The position numbers were made by a program, and so were the translations under genes. A stretch of 63,989 bases of DNA, the filler included, from Octopus bimaculoides (taxonomy: Eukaryota), in assembly GCF_001194135.2 (NCBI RefSeq). It is 5 parts of 4 records of this genome, joined end to end, with 100 filler letters (N's around TTAATTAATTAA, not from the genome) between each part and the next. Parts side by side here need not be neighbours in the genome. Positions count along the whole stretch, not along the records: positions 1 to 14,860 come from NC_068983.1; positions 14,961 to 42,245 come from NC_068982.1; 3 more parts are not named here. The stretch is one strand, 5' to 3'. Position 1 is the stretch's first letter. Each line of letters begins with the position of its first letter. Shown in pieces: positions 12,470-24,860 of this stretch. The notes under the pieces were generated by a model. The model did not search any database and was not told where the DNA came from. It worked only from the letters and a program-made list of their open reading frames with translations.

Positions 12470-12880
12470 TTTGTGTTTTACTTGTTTCAGTCATTAAGAC
12501 TAGCCATGCTGGGGCACCACCTTCAAGAATTTTTAGCTGAATGTATCGAACCCAGTACTTATTTTTAAAGCCTAATATTTATTCTATCAGCCCTTTTGCT
12601 GAACTGCTAAGTTATGGGAGTGTAAACACACCAACCCCAGTTGTCAAGTGGTGGTAGTGGTGGGGGACAGACACAAATACACACATTTTATATATACATA
12701 TATAATACACACACACACTCATATGACAGGCTTCTTTAAGTTTCCATCTACTAAATCACTCACAAGGCTTTGGTCAGCCTGAGGCTATAGTAGAAGACAC
12801 TTATTCAAAGTATCATGCAGTAGGACTGAACCTGGAACCATGTGGTTGGGAAGCAAACTTCTTACCACACAGCTACGTCT
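12470..12880 (-). mobile_element. SINE family B copy
   Basis: Homologous to 7215-7575. Confidence 0.85.
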
Positions 12881-13409
12881 ATCATCACTTGGATTTCTCA
12901 ATTCAAAATATTGTCTTTTTTAATGTTATCAAGTTTGCTGGACAAAAATAACAGGGTGGTTATAAAATTCAGCTAGCAAATATATAAACGAATATGTGTG
13001 TGTGTGTGTGTGTGCGTGCGCGCGCGCGGACGCATGCATGCCAGTGTAAACTTATGGGTATAAAAAGTCAGTGAAAGTGCAGTAATCCTCTAAGGGATGT
13101 AACTGAGGTGAAATCTAGAAGTTGATAAACATATCGATGAAATGTATACCAGACTATGTATATTATTGACAAAAACCACCATAAAAAAAACACATGTCCA
13201 ATCAATAAGGTTATATATGTCTCAATTCACTCATTCTTGTCATCATTTAAGAATTGTTTTTACAAACTGGAATATTTGGATGATCTATTCCATTACAGCA
13301 TCACATCACACGCTTATCATGGTTCTTTACCATCTAACATACATACACAACAACAGACTTATTTCCATTGTTGTGTGTATCATGTTTTGAGAGATGAGAC
13401 TGGGGATAC

Positions 13410-14160
13410 GCTTTCAGAACAAGAATAGGCTGGGCAAAGTTCAGAGATCTACCTTTCTTGGTAATAGGGGGCCTCTCCCTCAGAGTGAAAGGCAAATTGT
13501 ATGATGCCTGTGTGTAGACAGCCATGCTACATGGCAGTGAAACATGGGCTATGATTGCAGAGGACATGCAAAGGTTTGGAAGAAATGAAGCTAGCATGCT
13601 TCACTAGATGTGTAATGTCAGTGTGCATGTACAACAGAGTATAAACGCCTTGGGAGAAAAAATGGGCATAAGGGGCATTAGATATGACGTGCAAGAGAGA
13701 CAACTGTGCTGGTATGGTCATATGATGCATATGGACGAGGACAGCTGCAAAAAGAAGTGTCAATCCCTAACTGTGGTGGGAACCTGTGGAAGAGGTAGAC
13801 CCAAGAAGACATGAGACATAGTAATGAAGCATGATCTTTGAATGTTGGGTCTCATAGAGGTGATGACGAATAATCAAGACCTTTAGTGGTTTGCTGTGCT
13901 TGATAAGATTCATCAGGCCAAGTGAAATCGTAATCGTGGATAGTGCTAGTGATACATAAAAGGTACTTGTGCCAGTAATATGTACAAGGCACCCACTTAA
14001 CTCTTGGATCGGTTGGTGTTAGGAAGGGCATCCAGCTGTAAAAACCAAGCCAAGATCAGACTGGAACCTGGTACAGCTTTCTGGCTTACCAGTTCCAGTC
14101 AAACTATCTAATCTATGCCAGTATAGAAAATAGATACTAAATGAATATGATGATGATATT
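13410..14160 (+). mobile_element. RTE LINE 3' fragment plus RTE-tail repeat
   Basis: RIGWAKFRDL...KGKLYDACV...CWYGHMMHMDEDSCKKK...GRGRPKKT; frameshifted. Confidence 0.9.
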
Positions 14161-14860
14161 CTTTCTAATACCAATCACTTTACAGCATAAACAATGCATT
14201 CTATTGGGAAGTAGGGTATGTTTCTAGAGCAGGATGCCCTTCTTACCACCAACCATGAACATGGAGCAGGCACATTTTATAATATTACATGCAGTAAGGA
14301 GACAGTCTGCCAGAACTAAAGTGTCCTCTTTACTCCGTATCACTTTTTATTCAGTGCTACTGCTACTCTAGCTTGCTGAATCCCCAGTGCTGCTATATCA
14401 AACCAGTGAGATCTGGATGCAGTTTGTGACACCAGCACAAGGGAGGATGTATATTAGAACTAAACATCCCTTCTACCTTGTATCTGTTTTTTCAAAATTA
14501 CTATCCTCAAAGACAAGCTGCTTTTTACTGTGGTTTACAGTGTTGATAGAATTATGTATGTAGAATGTACTGTTGTGATCTGGTTACAATTTCTTTCTTT
14601 TTTTTTTTCTTTTGTAAATAGAATGCAGGTAAACCTGTATAGTTTAAGAAGTTTTCTTCCCAAATGTAGGTTCCAGGTTCAGTCCCAATGCAAGGCATCT
14701 TGGACAAGTGTCTCCTACCATAGACTTACACCAGCCAAAGCCTTATGTGGGTATTTGGCAGACAGAAAACTGAAAGAAACCTAATATATACACACAATAT
14801 ATACATACACACACACACACACACGTTTATTTTTCCAAGAGAGTTAGAGATTGTGAATCC

Positions 14861-14960
14861 NNNNNNNNNNNNNNNNNNNNNNNNNNNNNNNNNNNNNNNN
14901 NNNNTTAATTAATTAANNNNNNNNNNNNNNNNNNNNNNNNNNNNNNNNNNNNNNNNNNNN
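14861..14960. other. Artificial scaffold spacer N44-TTAATTAATTAA-N44
   Basis: Exactly 100 bp with a palindromic all-frame-stop core; identical structure at three other sites. Confidence 0.95.
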
Positions 14961-14984
14961 GCAGAGAAAAGACAACGAGTTGTA

Positions 14985-15205
14985 CAAATTTATATATTAC
15001 ATTTATTTACCAATTACAGACAAAACGCACTCAACCAAAGTTCATTATGAATAAACAAGAATTATGTCCGCGCCATATATATCAATAACCTTTTACTACT
15101 GCAGTCACACAAAACAACAACGAAAACAAGGAACTTAGACGAACCACATTGACACACGAGACGTCAGACGAACAACGTTTCCAACAGTCCATATAACAGT
15201 CTCTC
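14985..15205 (+). repeat. Repeat homologous to 48918-49130 (probable LINE 5' region)
   Basis: Shared blocks cgcactcaaccaaagttcattatgaataaacaagaat, gacgaaccacattgacac and aacagtccatataaca. Confidence 0.75.
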
Positions 15206-15717
15206 TGTCCCTTTCTAACACTTTCTAATACAAGTTACCCCCTCAAATGCCCCCCTGCCCCTCTCAAAATTCCTTGCCTTGTGAGTTACTTGATTACCCT
15301 GCCAGTGTTGGTGCCATGTTAAAAGCATCCAGTCCACAATGTAACGTGGTTGGCATATTTGGAAGGGCATCCAGCTGTAAAAATCATGCTAACCCTAACC
15401 TTGCCTATGCTAGTGCCGCATAAAAAGCACTGAGTCCAGTCTGCGGAGTGGTTGGTGTTAGGAAGGGCTTCCAGTCATAAAACCCCTGCCAAAACAAACA
15501 CAGTAGCCTTGGGTAAGTCTTTCTACCTGGCCGGCTCCTGTCAGCCATCCTACTCATAGAAGATGGACATTAAACAATGATGATGATGTAATTGATTCAA
15601 CCCCTGCCCCTAGACTGCTGGTCTTGTACCAGAATTTGAAACCATTATTAGTTACTCCATCTAAGAAGTTCAGGCAAATGATCAGACTATCAAATAGATT
15701 TCTTTTAAAAGAAATAC

Positions 15718-15852
15718 CTGTTCTTTTGTGAGTGGAGTCGATAAATGAATGTCATTGAATCTTTCCGTTAGACAACTGTTTGATAATAAACTGGATTGTT
15801 GCTTCTCATTTAACATTTCTTCGTAGGCTTCTTGCAGGCGATTCCATTCCAA
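15718..15852 (-). CDS. PAIP2: PAIP2-like coding exon 3: LEWNRLQEAYEEMLNEKQQSSLLSNSCLTERFNDIHLSTPLTKEQ
   Basis: ttttcAG / GTATTT; 135 nt, phase 0-0; EEMLNE and RFNDIHLS resemble human PAIP2 QEMLEE and QFNDLVIS (recalled). Confidence 0.7.
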
Positions 15853-16898
15853 CTGAAAACCAAACATGCTATGATTATTAGCCACAGACAAAATATCAAA
15901 CACAGACATTTCATTTCACCTAATTTGATAAAGAAACCAAATTTAATTAGGATTGTCAAAGAAGCTCTAAGTAAGCCCTGATTAGGTTGACTTCTGATCA
16001 AAGGCTCTCTAACCATGACCATCTCCTCTTTAATTCAGATCTAGTTTATCTATATACTCCTAAAGCTCTCTGATTGCTTGCTTGTCTGTCATTTAATACA
16101 GCCAGACGGGCACATAATGGGAAAATACTATGAATTAAGGTAACCCTGAAATGTGAACACAAACAGAATAACACAAGTTTCGCGTAAATCAGACCAGAGG
16201 TAAGTGGGGTTTTGCGGGTATTCATAAATATCCAAAACAGTGCATAAAGGAAAAGACTCCAAAAATAACAAAACCCTGAAAGGGGAGAAACTCTAACCTT
16301 TTGATTAGAGACATTATGGTCCATGTCTTCTGTATTTTGAAGACAAACTTCATGACCTGGACAAAGGTCATGAAGTGACCTTAACTTGCCAATGAAAAAA
16401 TACGAGTTTCTTATAACAGTAAATGTTTCTATTTTTGCTTTTGTTAAACACAATATTGTAATCATTTAGAAATATTTTTAAGTGAATTTGAGGTAAATAT
16501 TTCATAAAGGACCCGTTCATACCTCGGTGTGAAATCCTTTTTTTCCACAGGTTTTTGTGAGTGCATTCAACGTATTTGACCTCCAACCTGCTGCAAGCCA
16601 CTTTTTCCTGGAAAAGAAATTGGTGGACGGGTGGTGGGGATCTCGGAGTTTCCCAGCAATGGAGTTTTGTTTCACAGGTTTTCTTTTTCTTTTCCAGGTT
16701 ATTTTGCATGCTTTCAACAAATGTGACATCAAAATCATGTGTAATCNNNNNNNNNNNNNNNNNNNNNNNNNNNNNNAACAGTAAATGTTTCTATTTTTGC
16801 TTTTGTTAAACACAATATTGTAATCATTTAGAAATATTTTTAAGTGAATTTGAGGTAAATATTTCATAAAGGACCCGTTCATACCTCGGTGTGAAATC

Positions 16899-17125
16899 CT
16901 TTTTTTCCACAGGTTTTTGTGAGTGCATTCAACGTATTTGACCTCCAACCTGCTGCAAGCCACTTTTTCCTGGAAAAGAAAAAAGAAGTGCTAAACAAAA
17001 CTCCTTTGGTGGAAAACTTCGAGGTAGCTCATCCCTTTGCCCCTTTCTTTTCCAAAAGAAAGTGGCTTGCAGTGGGTTTGGGGGTGAGATATGTTGAATG
17101 CACTCGCAAAAACCTGTGGAAAAAA
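16899..17125. repeat. Imperfect palindromic element, ~80-bp arms and ~60-bp loop
   Basis: ttttttccacaggtttttgtgagtgcattcaac... pairs with ...gttgaatgcactcgcaaaaacctgtggaaaaaa. Confidence 0.85.
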
Positions 17126-17129
17126 TTAT

Positions 17130-17545
17130 TTCCCACTGGTGCCAGTGGAACATTGAAAGCACATCCAAGCGTGATTGTTGCCAGGGCCATGGATTGGCTC
17201 CCGTGCCGGTGACACGTAAAAAGCACCATTTGAACATGATCGTTGGCAGCATCACCTTACTGGCACATGTGCCAGTGGCGCCAGACTGGCTCCCATGCAG
17301 GTACCACATAAAAACACCTTTTGAGCGTGATCGTTGCCAGAACCGCCTCACTGGCCCTCGTGCTGGTGGCACGTAAAAGCACCCACTACACTCTCGGAGT
17401 GGTTGGCGTTAGGAAGGGCATCCATCTGTAGAAACTCTGCCAGACCAGATTGAGCCTGGTGCAGCATTCTGGCTCACCAGTCCTCAGTCAAACCGCCCAA
17501 CCCATGCTAGTATGGAAAGCGGACGTTCAACGATGATGATGAAGT
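17130..17545 (+). mobile_element. RTE-tail repeat
   Basis: ggtggcacgtaaaagcacccactacactctcggagtggttggcgttaggaagggcatcc...aacgatgatgatga. Confidence 0.85.
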
Positions 17546-17844
17546 ACAAACAGGTCCTTTACGAAATATTTATCCAAGATCGGGACAGGCATGCAAATAG
17601 AGGAATCGATGTGGCTGATATAGCAAACGGCTGAGCATCTGGCAGAACAGAGAGAAAGAGACAGAGGCAGGAGACATTCTGAATTGGATATTCATAGGAA
17701 TACAAAGAGAATAAAACAAGTTTCATGTAAGTTGGACCATGGATTACTGAGATATATGGGTTTTTTCAGGTATCTTTATAAATAGCTAAACCAGTGTATA
17801 ATGGGGAAAATGCTTTGAAAATAAGGTACCACTGAAATGTGAAT

Positions 17845-18345
17845 CATCATCATCATTGTTTAACGTCCACCTTCCATGCTAGCATGGGTTGGACGATTTG
17901 ACTGAGGACTGGTGAACTAGATGGCTACACCAGGCTCCAATCTGATTTGGCAGAGTTTCTACAGCTGAATGCCCTTCTTAAAGCCAACCACTCCAAGAGT
18001 GTAGTCGGTGCTTTTATGTGCCACCGCCACGAAGGCCAGTCAGGCGATACTGGCAACGGCCACGCTCAAAATGGTGTATTTTACGTGCCACCTGCANNNN
18101 NNNNNNAGGCCAGTCAGGCGATACTGGCAACGGCCACGCTCAAAATGGTGTATTTTACGTGCCACCTGCACAGGAACCAGTGCAGCAGCACTGGCAACAA
18201 CCTCACTCGAATGTCTTTTCACGTGCCACCAGCACATGTGCCAGGAAGGCGACGCTGGTAACGATCATGCTCAAATGGTGCTATTTACATGCCACTGGCA
18301 TGGAAGCCGCACAGCTGCTCTGGCAACGATCACGCTCGGACGGTG
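17845..18345 (-). mobile_element. RTE-tail repeat, inverted relative to 17130-17545
   Basis: catcatcatcattgtttaacgtcc...gcccttct...ccaaccactcc; reverse complement of the previous feature. Confidence 0.85.
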
Positions 18346-18352
18346 CTCTTAA

Positions 18353-18561
18353 CCCTTTAGTATTTAAACCGGCCATAATATTTAATCTGTTTTATGTTCA
18401 AACTGACCAGATCCAGGCTCTCACACCTACCCTACAATGTTATTCTACATTAAGTAGTTACACCATCAAGATCTTGAAGATGAGATAATGCATGATTAAT
18501 TCAAATCAATGTGAATCAATAAGCATATTATGTTTGATAGAATAATCTGAACACTAAAGGG
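18353..18561. mobile_element. piggyBac-like MITE, 209 bp
   Basis: TTAA-ccctttag ... ctaaaggg-TTAA (TSDs 18349-18352 and 18562-18565). Confidence 0.8.
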
Positions 18562-18749
18562 TTAACACAAGTTTCATGTAAATCGGACCACAGATTCTTA
18601 AGAGACGTGATTCTTTTGGATACCTTGAACTATTGGTGACCCAACGGGTCACGGGTAGTCTAGTTTAGGATTACATTATCCAATCAGTCCTTCTAGTAAA
18701 GTTTCATGTTAAATAGTTTGTTTACTATTTCTAACAGATAGAACCTCCT

Positions 18750-19712
18750 TGATTGGCTCAATTATTACAAAGTCGATGGACAGTGGAAATTCTTTGTAGT
18801 ACTTATGTGTTGGGTGGATGCTCCAAGAGCATAGCTGTGAGAATAAGAATAGGCTGGGCAAAGATCAGAGAGCTCCTACCTCTGCTGGCAACAAAGGGTC
18901 ACTCCCTCAAAGTGAAAGGTAGATTGTTTGATGCCTGTGTGCAAACAGCTACATGGCAGTGAAACATGGGGCTGTGACAGCCAAGGAAAATGCATAATCT
19001 TGAAAGAAATGAAGCCAGTATGCTTTGCTGGATGTGCAATGTCAGTGTGCATGTTCGACAGAATGTAAGTGTCTTGAGAGAAAAGTTGGGCATAAGAGGC
19101 ATCAGATGTGTGCAAGAGAGATGACTGTGTTGGTGTGGTCATGTGATGCATATGGACAAGGACAGCTGTGTAAAGAAATGCCAATTTCTAACTGTGGAGG
19201 GAACCTGTGGTAGAGGTAGACCCAAAAAGACATGGGACAAAGTAGTGAAGCATGATCTTCAAACTCTGGGCCTTACAGAGGCAATGACGAGTGACCAAGA
19301 CCTTTGGTGATATTCTGTACTTGAGAAGACCCCCTCAAGCCAAGTGAAATCATAGCTGTGGCTGATGCTGGTGCCATATGACTAGCATGTAAGAAGTACC
19401 TTTTGAGCGTTGGGCCTCACGGAGGCAATGACTGAGATCTGTGGCATTATGTCGTGCTTGAGAACCACACCCACGAAGCTGAGCAAAATCACAGTTGTGG
19501 CAGATACCGGTGTCATGCAAATGGCACCCATGCTGGTGGCACATAAAAGTACCCATTACACTCTTGGAGTGGTTGGCATTAGGAAGGGCATCCAGCCATA
19601 GAAACCATGCCAAATGAAACAGGAATTTGGTGCAACCTTCCATCTTGCCAGCCACAGAAAAACCATCCAACCCATGCCAGCATGGACAACGGATGTTAAA
19701 TGATGATGATGA
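18750..19712 (+). mobile_element. RTE LINE 3' fragment plus RTE-tail repeat
   Basis: GGCSKSIAVRIRIGWAKIRELLPLLATKGHSLKVKGRLFDACVQTA; frameshifted downstream. Confidence 0.9.
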
Positions 19713-20043
19713 AAGCTAAAGGAAAATTAAATGAAATGAATTAAACAGGGTCGTAGACCCAGTTCAATGTTGTACCCAATACAATTGCTGTAGATGTCTT
19801 ATTGTAGGAGCCTCCATGTGGCCAAATACTCTATTCTTTTAAAAATGGGAAGAACACATTGGATAATGTAGTCCGAGATACACTTGTTCAGGAATAATCA
19901 TGAATGAAATGTGTTACCATTAATCCACTCCATCAGGATTGACCCATGGTTAAACAATAACTGTGTCTAAAAGATGGAAAACAAAGTTTTATTGAAATTG
20001 CAAATCCAAAATACTGAATTAAGAATCATGCAAAGTCCTACAT

Positions 20044-20081
<38 letters not shown>

Positions 20082-20117
20082 AGTTCTGTTTAAGAGGTGG
20101 GATGAAATAAAAATTAC

Positions 20118-20243
20118 CTGCTCTTCTGTGATGGGTAGAGAAGGTAGCTGATCTGCATTCAATTCAGATTTTAGCTGAGACCCTGCTGAGAAGAGCCACC
20201 AGTGCCCTTCCTTCAAGATTTCTTCAAGGATTTCTTTCTCAAC
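20118..20243 (-). CDS. PAIP2: PAIP2-like coding exon 2: VEKEILEEILKEGHWWLFSAGSQLKSELNADQLPSLPITEEQ
   Basis: catttAG / GTAATT; 126 nt, phase 0-0; continues FDRQ|VE as in PAIP2 FNRQIEEE...EHEWFIP. Confidence 0.72.
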
Positions 20244-21159
20244 CTAAATGTTGGACAATTCAAAATAAAGAAAAATATTGGGTTTATTCTATTTCTATCA
20301 AATTATAAAGGAAAAACAACAACGTATTGGGAGAAGTCATTGAACAAGAATATAATTGATTTCAATTTGGCCTGAATACTTGAGCAATTCAGTGAGATTT
20401 GAACAAAATATAATAACCATTTGATATGAAGGTTTCTTTAGCCTTTCTGTGAATCCTTTCATTTCAGCTTTTGGCTGAGTTACACATGTGATATTTGAGC
20501 AACAAGAAGTAGTTGAAGAGAACTGAAGGTGAGGGTGATAAAGAGAGTAATGAGTAAAGATGGTGGGGGGATGATACTGACTTGATTTTCACAGAAAGTT
20601 ATGCTAACTTCTTTCTAGCTTTTTAAGAATTGGAGAAAAGAATAAACCATGTGATGAAATCTGAAACTGGAGTTTTGAAGCCAGTCTTCTTCACTGAATT
20701 GCTCAGGACATTTCCACAGCGACACCAATATAGAGCTGTTTAGTACTTGCCAATCCCTCAAATAACAGAATCCTTGCTGGGAAGGGGAAAACCTATTGTA
20801 TAGATCACAGCTACTCCTTTTTACTAAACTATAGAAGAGAGAAATATCAATGATGCATTTCCATAGCTTTTTGAAGACAAAAGGATACCAATGCCAACTT
20901 TGGCTAGTAATTAGTGTGTGTCTAATTAATTAGTATTAATTAAACACACATACACTAATTTACCTCAGAGATACAAATAGATATTATTAATGATGAGGCC
21001 AAAAATGTACAGCAAAACCTAGCGTTGTTGACTTTACAGAGAACATTTGAATGTCAAAACAATCCTTCACTAGACATACAATATTAATAACAAATCTCAA
21101 CACCAATCCTCTAGAATCTTGCCCCCCCCCCCCCNNNNNNNNNNNCCCCTCTACTGCCA

Positions 21160-22145
21160 TTCAGAATTTGAATGCTCAGAAAATAGATTCCCTCACATGC
21201 CAGGGGGAGAAACTGGAAGTAGTTGATAGCTTCTGTTACCTAGGTGACCAAGTTAGTAGTGGGGGTGGATGTTCAGAGAGCATTGCCACTAGAATAAGAA
21301 TAGCCTGGGCAAAGTTCAGAAAGCTCCTACTTCTACTGGTGACAAAGGACATCTCGCTCAGAATGAAGGTTAGATTTTATGATGCATGTGTGCGAACTGC
21401 CATGCTTCATAGCAGTGGAACATGGGCTTTGACTGCTGAAGACATGTGTAGGCTCGAAAGAAATGAAGCTAGCATGATCTGCTGGATGTGTAATGTCAGT
21501 GTGCACACACGACAGAGTGTAAGTGCCCTGAGAGAAATGCTGGACATAAGAAGCATTGGATGTGGCATGCAAGAGAGACATTTGCTTTGGTATGGTCATG
21601 TACTACAGATAGATGAGGAGAGCAGTGTGAAGAAGTGCCACTCCCAAACAGTGGAAGGAATGCAGGGTAGAGGGAGACCCAGGAAGACAGGGGATGAGGT
21701 GGTGAAGCGTGACCTTCGAATGTTGGGCCTCACAGAGGCAATGACGAAAGACCGAGACCTCTGGAGATCTGCTGTGGCTGAAAAGACCCGGCAAATAAAG
21801 TGAGTTCACAGCTGTAACCTACACCAGTGTCACATAACCAACCAACTCAAAAGTACCCTTGGATCGTAGGGTGACATGCCGTGCTTGAGGAGACCTATTG
21901 AGTCAAGAACATTAAATCAAATTACAATCAAATGTAAATTGCAGTTGTGGTCTCTGTGCCGGTGGCACGTAAAAAGCACCCTCTACACTCTCGGAGTGGT
22001 TGGCGTTAGGAAGGGCATCCAGCTGTAGAAACATTGCAAGATCAGACTGGTGCCTGGTGCAGCCCCCTGGCTTTCCAGACCCCAGTCGAACTGTCCGACC
22101 CATGCCAGCATGGAAAACAGACGTTAAACGATGATAATGATGGGG
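21160..22145 (+). mobile_element. RTE LINE 3' end with an open ~210-aa C-terminal frame (to 21803), followed by 3' UTR and RTE-tail
   Basis: CQGEKLEVVDSFCYLGDQVSSGGGCSESIATRIRIAWAKFRK...WYGHVLQIDEE...GRGRPRKT; no catalytic RT core. Confidence 0.95.
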
Positions 22146-22829
22146 ATCCAGGAAGACATGAGACAAAGTGAGAAAGGCAAATCTTAGGACCTTCAACTTC
22201 ATAGATGAGATGACAAAAGACTGGGATGACTAGCAATATGCAATTCTTGAGAAGACCTGCCTACCTCAGTGAGACTGAGTTATGGTTGAGTTATGTCTGT
22301 ATATGCTCAACTACTTCCCCCAATTGCCTTCCTCTTCAAGATACCTTCACCACCTATCCAGTCCCTAAGACACCACTTACTCTCCTTCCTCCCCCACAGC
22401 CATTTCATTTATTATCCACCTGTCAACCATTAAACACTGTCCTCCTCACTGGCATTTCCATTGGTCACACTCTACCCCCACCCTCAATCATCTCTCCTCA
22501 TCCTCACTCTGTTAATATACTACACCTGCCCCCCTCTTCCCCATCTACTCCTACAACCAAGTAACATCGCACTCCTCTTGTCTTCCTCACAACTGCTTCA
22601 TCATTGTTATTCTGTTACTCAACTCCTACCCTCCACCCCAACTCATCACTCTTTGGTTCCATTCAGTCATCCCCACCACCCTCTTTTCTAAAATGTGAGT
22701 GGTCACCAGCTCCTCTAAAGTAAAAAAAAACCTCTTATATTCTGGCTCCTTTTCTCACACTTTTTTTGCCCTTCATCTCCTAGTATACTGTTATACCCAT
22801 CAAGTTTGCAGTCATACAAAATTGCATGG

Positions 22830-23270
22830 TGGCCTCACTGGTGCTGGTGGCATGAAAAAAGCACCCAGTCTCCACATACTGTAAAGTGGCTGGCATTAGG
22901 AAGGGCATCCAGTTGTAGAAACCATGCTAAAGAAATCACTGGAGCACAATGTGTTCTTTGGGCCCATCAGATCCTGTCAAACCATCCAACCCATGCCATC
23001 ATTCTCCGCTCTCAGCTGAGGAGTCTTTGTCTTGTGAGCTCATGAGTGCAGGTGAAATGTAAGAAACACCAGTGCTGGTACCACATAAAAAACACCCTTT
23101 GTACACTCTATAAAGTGGGTGGCATTAGAAAGGGTATCCAGCCATAAGGGTATCATGCCAAAACAGACAACTGGAGCCTGATGCAACTCCCTAGCTTGTC
23201 AGCTCCTGTCAAACCATCCAACCCATGCCAGCATGGAAAGCAGCCTTTAAATGATGATGAAGATGATGAC
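22830..23270 (+). mobile_element. Two tandem RTE-tail repeats
   Basis: Two ggcattag(g)aagggcatccag...aaaccatccaacccatgcca units. Confidence 0.75.
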
Positions 23271-24564
23271 ATAGCCAGGCCTGCACCCATTAGTGTGTGT
23301 GTGTGTGTGAATGCATGCAATCTGCATCCTAAGCATGAAATTGAGTAAGGAGTAAAAGACCCTGGTGACATTTTGTGGAGATCTATTGTTAATACATGAC
23401 TCCATAACTCTGCCCTTTCAAAGACAAGTGAAATATAACAAAAAAATTCTTTGAAAAAGAGTAAAAGTTTTATTGATAGGAAGAGTATCCGGCTAATATT
23501 ATTACCTCATAAATAAATCTTTGTCCAACCTCTACTAGTATGGAAAAAGCAGATATTCAATGAACAAAACAACCTATGCATCATATCTCATTTAATCTGA
23601 AACATTCTTCAAACCTGCGCAACATCAAATCCAAAGTTAACAAACTGATCCACAAGAGAGAGAAGTGGGCTTTATGATTCATATTTTATTGCTTTACATT
23701 CAATTTCTTCCCTTCTAGCATGAGTGCAATGTCCAGGAACCCAATCAACTAGAACAGGACCCCACTGTCACTTAAGCAAGCTTCTATGTCATACTCAAAG
23801 CACCAACCAATGATTCTAATAAAACACCATGAGTGTACAAGACTAGTGTATATAAGGAATAATCCAGTTTTTTCACTGCACAATTTTTATCTTTTATCCC
23901 TTTTTCAATGCTGATGTTAGTGGGGTTCTTTTTCCCACATATTTGTAACTTTGCATCTCAACTCTCAGATCAAAAAGAATTAAATGTCAACCTAAGGCAC
24001 AATAAATGCGCTTTGTCCAAAAATATTGCACTGTGAGAAAAGTTTCAACTTGTTAATAATATGGTCAATAAAAACATCTATACCACATCTGCATAACATA
24101 TATTGAACATCTATACCATATTCATAGGACATCTATGTAACTTTTATGTAACATTAAATCTGGTCCAATACAAGGAATAGTGTTGCACTATGGAAGGCAA
24201 AAAATAAACCCTTTAATGAGTCAAGTATTCATGAAAAAATACTTAACCAAGATATAGCAGAATGGAAAACTGAATTCTTCACATTTTGTATGAAGAACCA
24301 GTGTTTGTCTGTTCAGTCAATTATCTTTTTTATTAGTAAACAATTTTAATCCTAATGGGAAAAGGGAGAAAGATTTCAAAGAGAAGGAAGAAATTAATTT
24401 GGCATTCAGTGAATTTAGAAAATTACCAAAAACATTTTGATTACATTGGACTAATATTCTATCAACTAGCTTCGCTGGTTTAACAGATCAGTCCATGTTG
24501 ATATTTCATCCAGAACATTATTATTTTCATATTAAGTCTTAATCGACAAATTGAATAATCATCA

Positions 24565-24860
24565 TTCACCATCATTGTTTAACGTCTGCTTTCCATGCTG
24601 GCATGGGTTGGACGGTTTGACTAAGGACTAGTGAGCCAGAGGCTGCACCAGGCCCCAATCTGATCTGGCAAAGTTTCTACAGCTGGATGCCCTTCCTAAC
24701 ACCAACCACTCCAAGAGTGTAGTGGGTGCTTTTACATGCCACCAGCATGAGGGCCGGTCAGGCGGTTCTAGCAACGACCACGCTCAAAAGGTGTTTTCAC
24801 GTGCTACCTGCACGAGAACCAGTCCAGCAGCACTGGCAACGACCATGCTCCACTGTGCTG
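24565..24860 (-). mobile_element. RTE-tail repeat
   Basis: High similarity to 17845-18345. Confidence 0.85.

Noticed and set aside
14905-14916. TTAATTAATTAA as a recurring regulatory or homeodomain site
   Set aside because: Always centred in exactly 44+44 N, so it is a synthetic spacer.
10305-15718. PAIP2-LPCAT fusion transcript
   Set aside because: It crosses an artificial join, and the PAIP2 phase-0 donor is out of phase with the nearest LPCAT exon (12257).
18030-18170. Tandem duplication within an RTE-tail repeat
   Set aside because: Identical copies flank a 10-N gap, which indicates contig-end overlap.
21051-21803. 250-aa ORF as a host or domesticated gene
   Set aside because: It is the C-terminal part of an RTE ORF present in many decayed copies here, lacks the RT core and crosses a gap.
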